A stretch of DNA of 64,000 nucleotides from an uncultured Clostridium sp. (lineage in GTDB: Bacteria; Bacillota; Clostridia; TANB77; CAG-508). Positions within the stretch are counted from its first letter, which is position 1, and each line of letters begins with the position of its first letter. Below, piece after piece: positions 57,216 to 64,000 of this stretch. Where the stretch lies: contig URZW01000002.1 of assembly GCA_900552555.1 (NCBI GenBank), forward strand, positions 82,002 through 146,001, read 5' to 3'. The notes beneath the pieces are model-generated. The model saw nothing but the letters and a program-made list of their open reading frames with translations. It ran no database searches and was not told where the DNA came from. The position numbers were made by a program, and so were the translations under genes.

Positions 57216-57691
57216 TGTACGAAATTACATATTTAAATTTAGAAAAAGGACAAGAAGATTGGGAAGGTATTGTAAAAAAAGTCTTAAATAAATGCTTTGA
57301 AGAAGAAGGACTATTAGACTCAAAATTGATAATGACAATAACATTCACAACACCAGAAGAAATCAGAAAAATAAATAAAAAATATAGAAAAATAGACAGA
57401 GCAACAGATGTATTATCATTCCCAATGTTCGAAAAAGAAGAATTAGATGAAAAAATAAAAAATAAAGATTTTCTATATGAAGATGTTTTAGGAGATATAA
57501 TAATTTCAATTGATAAAGTTAGAGAACAAGCAGAAGAATATGGACATAGTTTCGAAAGAGAACTAAGTTACATGTTAGTACATGGATTTTATCACTTGAT
57601 GGGATATGACCATATTGAAGAAGAAGACAAAAAAATAATGAGACCAAAAGAAGAAAAAATTTTAAATGAGTTAAAAATTACGAGAGATTAA
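57215..57691 (+). CDS. ybeY: rRNA maturation endoribonuclease YbeY
   Basis: HGFYHLMGYDH metal-binding motif. Confidence 0.85.
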   Translation: MYEITYLNLEKGQEDWEGIVKKVLNKCFEEEGLLDSKLIMTITFTTPEEIRKINKKYRKIDRATDVLSFPMFEKEELDEKIKNKDFLYEDVLGDIIISIDKVREQAEEYGHSFERELSYMLVHGFYHLMGYDHIEEEDKKIMRPKEEKILNELKITRD

Positions 57692-57704
57692 AAGGGGGAA
57701 AAAG

Positions 57705-58790
57705 ATGGGAAAACATGGAGTAAGAACATTAATAATAATATTAGTTATTTTAATTTTAGCAGCTGGTGGAATTTTGGCATACAAAATAACAAGAGACAAG
57801 AAAAATGCCACACAAGAAGTTTCAGAAGGTCAAAGTGAAGATAATGTATTGACAGCAGGAATAAGTGAAAAGAAAATAAAAATATTTAATGGTGAAGATA
57901 GACCAATAGCTGTAATGATTGACAACCACAACCAAGCTTGGCCACAAGCCGGACTAAATAAAGCATATTTAGTATATGAAATAATAGTGGAAGGTGGAGA
58001 AACACGTCTAATGGCAGTATTTAAGGGTGTTAATGTTGATAAAATTGGACCGGTTAGAAGTTCAAGACATTATTTTTTAGATTATGCTATGGAAAATGAT
58101 GCAATATATGCACATTATGGTTGGAGCCCAATGGCAGAAAGTGATATAAAATCTTACAACATAAACAATTTAAATGGAATAACAGAAAGCACATCAACAT
58201 TCTGGAGAGTTAAAGATAAATCAGCTCCACACAATGCTGTAACAAGTACAGATGCATTATTAAAAGCTGCAAAAGCAAAAGGATATAAAACAACATCAAC
58301 AAAGAAAAGTGTATTAAATTACACAACAGATGATGTAACATTAGAGGACGGACAAGGAGCAACAAGTGTTACAATACCACATTCAAATCTTCAAACTGTA
58401 AAATATGTATATGATGAGGAAAACCAAGTATATAAAAGGTATGCAAGAAATAAAGCACAAACAGACTGGGATACAGGAAATAGTATCACAACAAAAAATA
58501 TAATAATAACAATGTGCGATAATTATACATTAGATGATAGCGAAAATAAAGGAAGACAAGGACTTAAAAATATTGGAACATTTAATGGATATTATATAAC
58601 AAATGGAAAAGCTATAAAAATTAAATGTATAAAAGAAGCAAGAAATACTCAGACAAAATATGAGGATTTACAAGGAAATGAAATAAAAGTAAATGATGGA
58701 AATACATGGATTAATATTTGCCCAACAGATGCAAAACTTGAAATAACAGGACCAAATACAAACAGTTCTACTACAACAAATAATATGTAA
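57705..58790 (+). CDS. DUF3048-family (YerB-like) membrane-anchored protein
   Basis: PIAVMIDNHNQAWPQAGLNKAYLVYEIIVEGGETRLMAVF resembles the conserved DUF3048 N-terminal region. Confidence 0.55.
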   Translation: MGKHGVRTLIIILVILILAAGGILAYKITRDKKNATQEVSEGQSEDNVLTAGISEKKIKIFNGEDRPIAVMIDNHNQAWPQAGLNKAYLVYEIIVEGGETRLMAVFKGVNVDKIGPVRSSRHYFLDYAMENDAIYAHYGWSPMAESDIKSYNINNLNGITESTSTFWRVKDKSAPHNAVTSTDALLKAAKAKGYKTTSTKKSVLNYTTDDVTLEDGQGATSVTIPHSNLQTVKYVYDEENQVYKRYARNKAQTDWDTGNSITTKNIIITMCDNYTLDDSENKGRQGLKNIGTFNGYYITNGKAIKIKCIKEARNTQTKYEDLQGNEIKVNDGNTWINICPTDAKLEITGPNTNSSTTTNNM

Positions 58791-58865
58791 AACAAATGGC
58801 ATAATAAAATGATATGATTTTATTATGCCTTGGATATTTATATTCTAGGAAAGGAAGTAACAAAA

Positions 58866-59201
58866 ATGAATATATATGATACAGCAAATAGATTAGCACA
58901 AGAACTTAAACAATCAGAAGAATATGTAAATTACAAAATGGCTAAAGAAGCATTAAGTTTGAACCCAGATTTAAAGAAGAAAATAGAAGAGTTTGAAACA
59001 GCTAGATATGATGCTCAAATAACAGCTATGCAAACAGGAAAGAATGATGAAGAAAAAACTAAAAAAATGCAACAATTGTATATAGAGTTGTATGAAAATC
59101 AAGATGCAGCAAAATTTTTTGATGCTGAAACAAAATTTAATATAATTTTGTCAGATGTTAATAAAATAATTGGTGATGCAGTAATGGATGTACTTAAATA
59201 A
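58866..59201 (+). CDS. YlbF/YheA/YmcA-family (UPF0342) regulatory protein
   Basis: ANRLAQELKQSEEY...KKIEEF helical pattern. Confidence 0.5.
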   Translation: MNIYDTANRLAQELKQSEEYVNYKMAKEALSLNPDLKKKIEEFETARYDAQITAMQTGKNDEEKTKKMQQLYIELYENQDAAKFFDAETKFNIILSDVNKIIGDAVMDVLK

Positions 59202-59316
59202 AATTTTTTAGAAAAATATGAAAAATATCATTCACATGTATTTAAAGAAAATATATAAATGGAATTTTGAATAGGATTGTTTATAAAATAGCATTATTAG
59301 TAAAGAAAAGGAGTAG

Positions 59317-60009
59317 ATGATGGAATTTATAGTTTTACTAATAATAAATATAATAATATATATTACATTAAAAATTATATTTGATGCTAGTTTAAAAAAA
59401 TTAAAACACATAGGAGAAAACAAAGAACTAGATGAATTAACACAAAAATACCCAGAAAACATAGAAATATGTAAATGGTACCTAAAAAAATTAAACAATG
59501 AAAGTGTAAAAATAGAAGAAGATAAAAATTCAAATTCAACTTTATATTTAGTAACAAGTAATAAAATATTTATAGCAAATTTAAAAAACAGTTACACAAG
59601 AATACAAACAATAGCACATGAATGCTTACATTCGATTCAAAGCAAAAAAATGTTATGGTTCAACTTCATTTTTTCAAATATATACTTAATATTTTTTATT
59701 ATAACTTGTATATTAAGAATATTAAAGAACTTACCAAATGAAACGATGTTTTTAACCATATTTATATTGGCAGGATTTGTATATTATGTAGTAAGAACGT
59801 ATTTAGAAGATGATGCTATGATAAAAGCTAGATTTTTGGCAAAAGATTATATGCAAGAAATTAAATTGTCTAGTAAAGAAGAAATTGAAAAAATTGTTAG
59901 TAAATATGATGAATTAAATGATGTAGGAATAAAATGTACAAATTTTCAATTATTAAGTAGTGTATTAATTAAAAATATAATATTAATTTTAATTTTTATT
60001 ATTTTTTAA
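59317..60009 (+). CDS. Membrane protein with an HExxH zinc-metallopeptidase-like motif (IAHECLHSIQ)
   Basis: N-terminal TM, HEXXH motif, further TM segments. Confidence 0.4.
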   Translation: MMEFIVLLIINIIIYITLKIIFDASLKKLKHIGENKELDELTQKYPENIEICKWYLKKLNNESVKIEEDKNSNSTLYLVTSNKIFIANLKNSYTRIQTIAHECLHSIQSKKMLWFNFIFSNIYLIFFIITCILRILKNLPNETMFLTIFILAGFVYYVVRTYLEDDAMIKARFLAKDYMQEIKLSSKEEIEKIVSKYDELNDVGIKCTNFQLLSSVLIKNIILILIFIIF

Positions 60010-60095
60010 AATAAAGAAATAGCATACTTGCATTTTAAAAATATATATGATAAAATAACCCAAGTAATATAACAAACCGCAAGGAGGAATTGTAA

Positions 60096-60344
60096 ATGAG
60101 TGTAATAAGAACAATATTAACAGTGATATATTTTGTAGTAGCATTAGTTGTAATAATATTAGCATTAATACAAACAAAAGATGATTCAGGATTATCACAA
60201 ACAATAACAGGTTCATCAACAAACAACTTTTATGAAAAAAATAAAGGTAGAACTAAAGAAGGAAAACAAAAAAGAATGATGGTTATTTCTTCAATTGTTT
60301 TCGGTGTTCTAACATTAGTATTAGGAATATTATATTTAGTATAA
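60096..60344 (+). CDS. secG: Preprotein translocase subunit SecG
   Basis: Two TM helices, size and sequence typical of SecG. RBS AAGGAGG. Confidence 0.85.
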   Translation: MSVIRTILTVIYFVVALVVIILALIQTKDDSGLSQTITGSSTNNFYEKNKGRTKEGKQKRMMVISSIVFGVLTLVLGILYLV

Positions 60345-60570
60345 GCATAAAAAGAGAAAATATTTAAAAGTATTTTCTCTTTTTTCAAAACCATTATACA
60401 GTAAATTACAATTTACACACAAAAATATCCGAGGCTGTGAATTGTAATTACAGTAACTAAAAATGTAAAAAATTTCAATTGCAAACTTGACATAAAACAA
60501 AAAATGCTATAATATAAATGTAACCAAAATGTAGATTATTTAACTAGAATTATAGTTAGAAAGGAAAAAA

Positions 60571-61362
60571 ATGAAAGATAACATTGTAATTGTAAAAAAA
60601 ATCAAAGAACAAGTAAAAAAAATTTCAACTCAAATATTGAACATTGATTCTTTAGCAGAGATTGAAAAAGCAGTATCAGAAAAAGGAAAAAGCAATTATG
60701 TTACAAAATATGATTTGGAAGTAGAAAATCAATTAAAGCAGAATCTAAAAAATTTAATACCAAATTCAACTTTTTTAGGTGAAGAAACAGGAGGAAAAAT
60801 ATCAGAAACAGGATATACTTGGGTGGTGGATCCTATAGATGGAACGACAAATTTTATTCATGGACTTCCATTTGCAATTTCCATAGGATTAATAAAAAAC
60901 AAAGAAACTATCATTGGATGTATCTATAATCCAACAACAGATGACTTTTGGTATGCTATAAAAAATAATGGAGCATATAAAAATGAAATAAAATTGCAAG
61001 CCAGCAATAGAAACGAAATTTCTGGAACAGTTATGCAGTTTGGCTTTCCATATGATATTAACAAAACAGAAGATATATTAAAAAAAGTTTTAGATGTAAA
61101 GAATGCTGGGGCAGCAGATATCAAACGAATTGGTCCTGCATGCTTAGATATATGTAGAGTAGCATCTGGTGAATGTGATGCATATTTTGAGCATGACTTA
61201 AAACCATGGGATATTGCAGCTGCAAAGTTAATATTAGAGGAAGCAGGAGGAAACATTTGCAAAATGGATGGAAACAAGTATGATTTTTCACAAAGTTCAA
61301 TAATTGCTTGTAATCAATCAAAAAAGTTACAAATGGAGTTATTAAAAATTTTAAAGAAATAA
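60571..61362 (+). CDS. Inositol monophosphatase family protein (SuhB-like)
   Basis: WVVDPIDGTTNFIHGLPFAISIGL. Confidence 0.8.
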   Translation: MKDNIVIVKKIKEQVKKISTQILNIDSLAEIEKAVSEKGKSNYVTKYDLEVENQLKQNLKNLIPNSTFLGEETGGKISETGYTWVVDPIDGTTNFIHGLPFAISIGLIKNKETIIGCIYNPTTDDFWYAIKNNGAYKNEIKLQASNRNEISGTVMQFGFPYDINKTEDILKKVLDVKNAGAADIKRIGPACLDICRVASGECDAYFEHDLKPWDIAAAKLILEEAGGNICKMDGNKYDFSQSSIIACNQSKKLQMELLKILKK

Positions 61363-61495
61363 GGATTTGAAAAAACAAAGAGTAAATTTTTACTCTTTGT
61401 TTTTTGCCAAATTAAATATTGTATTAACAAGTATAAAATGATATAATTACAATAACCGCATAGCAAGAAAAATTAATTGTTTGAAAGGAAGAAAA

Positions 61496-63613
61496 ATGAA
61501 TAAAGAAAATATTATTTTAGAATTCATGAAAGACGAAAACTATACTCCAATGAAAGCAAAAGAAATAGCTATTTTATTAGGAGTACCAAAAAAAGAATAC
61601 AATGAATTCACACAAACACTAAGAAATTTAGAAGAAAATTATAAAATAGTAAAAAATAAGAAAAACAGATATAGACTAATAGGCGAAAATTTTGTAGAAG
61701 GTATATATAGAAAAAATCAAAAAGGATTTGGATTTGTAAAAATAGAAAATCAAGAAGACGAAATATATATATCAAAAGAAGACTCATTAAATGCCCTAAA
61801 TGGAGACAGAGTTTTAGTTGAAATAACAGAAGAAAAAAATAAGATAAAAAGAGCAGAAGGAAAAATCAAAAAAATAATAAAACACGAAAAAGATACAGTA
61901 GTCGGAACATTCCAAAAAAGTCAAAACTTTGGATTTGTAGTACCAGACGAAAAAAGCTTTGGAACAGATGTATTTATATCAAAAAATAATTTTGGAAAAG
62001 CTAGAAATGGATATAAAGTATTAGTACAAATAACAAAATATCCTGAAAAAGGAAAAAATGCAGAAGGTAAAATTATAGAAGTCTTAGGAGACCCAAATCA
62101 AGCTGGTGTTGATATGTTATCACTAATCAAAGAATATAATCTACCATCCACATTTCCAGAACAAGTTGTGGAAGAAGCCAAAAAATATGGTGATAAAATA
62201 GACCCAAAAGACATACCAAATCGTGTTGACTGTAGAGAGCATGTAATTTTTACAATAGATGGTGAAGATGCAAAAGATTTAGACGACGCTGTAAGAGTTA
62301 CAAAATTAGAAAATGGAAACTATAGATTAGATGTTCATATAGCAGACGTAAGCTATTATGTAAGAGAAGGAAGTTTTCTAGATAAAGAGGCTCAAATCAG
62401 AGGAACAAGTATATATATGCTTTCTAGAGTAATACCAATGTTACCAAGAGAACTATCAAATGGAATATGCAGTTTAAATGCAGGAGAAGACAGATTCACA
62501 CTTTCATGTTCAATGGAAATAAATCCAGAAGGAAAAACTATATCAACAGAAGTGTATAAAGGAATAATAAATGTACGCGAAAGAATGAACTATCACGATG
62601 TACAAAAAATCCTAGATAAATCTGACAGAGAAGTGCTAAAAAGATATGAAAAATATATAAAAGACTTTGAATTAATGGCAGAACTTGCAACAATTTTGAA
62701 AGAAAGAAGATTAAAGCAAGGATATTTAAACTTAGACATACCAGAAAGTAAAATTGATTTAGACCAAGATGGATGGGCAATAAATGTAGGAAAATATGAA
62801 ACAAGCTTTAGTAATGAAATAATAGAACAATTTATGCTAAGTGCAAATGAAGCAATTGCAGAAAAATTCTATTGGCTAGAAGCACCATTCATTTACAGAG
62901 TTCACGAAGACCCAGACCTAGATAAAATAAAAGACTTAAATAAATTTTTATTTAATTTTGGATTAAAAATAAAAGTAGTAAATGAAAAAGTATATCCAAC
63001 AGAAGTATCAAAAATTCTTGAAGAAATAAAAGGAAAAGACGAAGAAAAAGTAGTATCAACATTAATATTAAGAACACTTAAAGTTGCAAGATATGAATCA
63101 GAAAACAAAGGGCACTTTGGAATTGCAAGTAAATATTATTGTCACTTTACATCACCAATAAGAAGATATCCTGACTTGTTTATACACAGAATAATCTCAA
63201 AATATTTGGAAGACAATTATGTTGTAGACGATAAATGGATAGAAGAATATCAAGAAAAAGCACAGCAAAGAGCGGCATCATCATCAGAAAGAGAAAAAGT
63301 TGCAACTAAGGTTGAAAGAGATAGTGAAGACTTGAAAAAGGCTGAATATATGCAAAATAAAATTGGCGAAGAATATGAGGGAATTGTTTCTTCAGTTACT
63401 CAATTTGGTATTTTTGTTGAACTAGAAAATACGGTTGAAGGCTTGATTAGATTTGAAAATTTGGGTGACGAGTATTTTATTTACGATGAAGAGAGAAAAA
63501 GACTTATTGGAGAAAAGACAAATACAACTTATAAAATTGGAGATAAGGTTAAGATTAGGGTTATTTCTGCTAATAAGATGCTAAGACAAATTGATTTTGA
63601 AATTGTAAAATAA
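61496..63613 (+). CDS. rnr: Ribonuclease R
   Basis: OB folds, RNB catalytic domain (HFTSPIRRYPD), C-terminal S1 domain. ATG at 61496 after AAAGGAAG. Confidence 0.9.
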   Translation: MNKENIILEFMKDENYTPMKAKEIAILLGVPKKEYNEFTQTLRNLEENYKIVKNKKNRYRLIGENFVEGIYRKNQKGFGFVKIENQEDEIYISKEDSLNALNGDRVLVEITEEKNKIKRAEGKIKKIIKHEKDTVVGTFQKSQNFGFVVPDEKSFGTDVFISKNNFGKARNGYKVLVQITKYPEKGKNAEGKIIEVLGDPNQAGVDMLSLIKEYNLPSTFPEQVVEEAKKYGDKIDPKDIPNRVDCREHVIFTIDGEDAKDLDDAVRVTKLENGNYRLDVHIADVSYYVREGSFLDKEAQIRGTSIYMLSRVIPMLPRELSNGICSLNAGEDRFTLSCSMEINPEGKTISTEVYKGIINVRERMNYHDVQKILDKSDREVLKRYEKYIKDFELMAELATILKERRLKQGYLNLDIPESKIDLDQDGWAINVGKYETSFSNEIIEQFMLSANEAIAEKFYWLEAPFIYRVHEDPDLDKIKDLNKFLFNFGLKIKVVNEKVYPTEVSKILEEIKGKDEEKVVSTLILRTLKVARYESENKGHFGIASKYYCHFTSPIRRYPDLFIHRIISKYLEDNYVVDDKWIEEYQEKAQQRAASSSEREKVATKVERDSEDLKKAEYMQNKIGEEYEGIVSSVTQFGIFVELENTVEGLIRFENLGDEYFIYDEERKRLIGEKTNTTYKIGDKVKIRVISANKMLRQIDFEIVK

Positions 63614-63650
63614 CAAATCTGAAAAAATCAAATATTTTTTCAGAAAATTT

Positions 63651-63752
63651 GGGATTGGGGGGCTAGGCCTTCAATCCTCTTTTCATATTTTTTAAAAGGC
63701 TGTCCCCTAATCCCTAAAAAAGGGGATTTTAAGGAACGTCCCTAAATCCCCC
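63651..63752. repeat. Composite of repeat family C (63651-63679) and family B (63700-63752)
   Basis: Reverse complements of the 39844-39870 and 1231-1280 elements respectively. Confidence 0.7.
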
Positions 63753-63933
63753 TTCCTTTCAAGAAAACAACTACATTAGCAATAACAAGAACAATAACAG
63801 TAAAAACAATAATAGCAACCCCACCAGATTTATTATCTTGAGTCTTAATTTCATACAAAGCATAAAAAACAGACTTCAACAAAACAAAAATACTAAAAAT
63901 AAAAAACAAAAAATTAAAAAAATAATTAATCAC
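63742..63933 (-). CDS. Small hypothetical membrane protein (63 aa)
   Basis: Two hydrophobic segments. Weak support. Confidence 0.3.
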   Translation of the reverse strand: MINYFFNFLFFIFSIFVLLKSVFYALYEIKTQDNKSGGVAIIVFTVIVLVIANVVVFLKGRGI

Positions 63934-64000
63934 AAAATCACCTCTACATTTAAGTTTTATTCAATAAAAAACCTGAATCAATAGTAGTATTAATATTTAC

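Noticed and set aside
1-64000. Scanned for CRISPR arrays, rRNA and tRNA genes
   Set aside because: No regularly spaced direct repeats and no tRNA-like GTTCGAATC/T-loop motifs recognised. The only structured ncRNA found is the glmS ribozyme.

Overview
This 64-kb window is AT-rich (roughly 28% GC), low-GC Gram-positive (Firmicutes/Clostridia-type) chromosome. The signals pointing there are ClpE, family-II Mn-pyrophosphatase, an NlpC/P60-SH3b hydrolase, an LPxTG-like anchor, BofA/YqfC/YqfD sporulation-type genes, and a rubredoxin domain.

Most of the window is housekeeping backbone: mfd (3' part), a TrmH-family methyltransferase, an ABC importer, rpiB, hslO, ppaC, pgsA, clpE, htrA, rnhB, pdp, cdaA, truA, glmS with its glmS ribozyme, uvrC, ybeY, secG, an inositol monophosphatase and rnr. 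All calls rest on reading the translated ORFs and DNA by eye; nothing was searched.

The most unusual region is a roughly 9.6-kb accessory segment (~30.3-39.9 kb):
- Two paralogous pilin-like/FN3 adhesin genes lie in inverted orientation. Each is divergently paired with a small XRE regulator.
- Copy A is out of frame in a 5' poly-A tract.
- Between them sit an orphan membrane-embedded FtsK/HerA-type (VirD4/VirB4-like) ATPase, a His/Cys-loop permease, a BofA-like protein and an Rpn-transposase fragment.
- A third protein with the same non-canonical prepilin-like N-terminus lies at 25.4 kb.

Other notable items:
- a WecA/TagO-rubredoxin fusion;
- a complete agr-type quorum-sensing locus (agrB-agrD convergent with agrA-agrC);
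- a tandem duplicated small-protein gene cassette with a conserved upstream motif;
- a roughly 200-bp hairpin MITE in two copies;
- several families of short GC-rich palindromic intergenic repeats;
- a multiply disrupted comEC pseudogene plus single-base frameshifts in an ABC permease and an RluA-family gene;
- a short GC-rich (about 40% GC) foreign-looking gene.

No rRNA, tRNA or CRISPR array was recognised.
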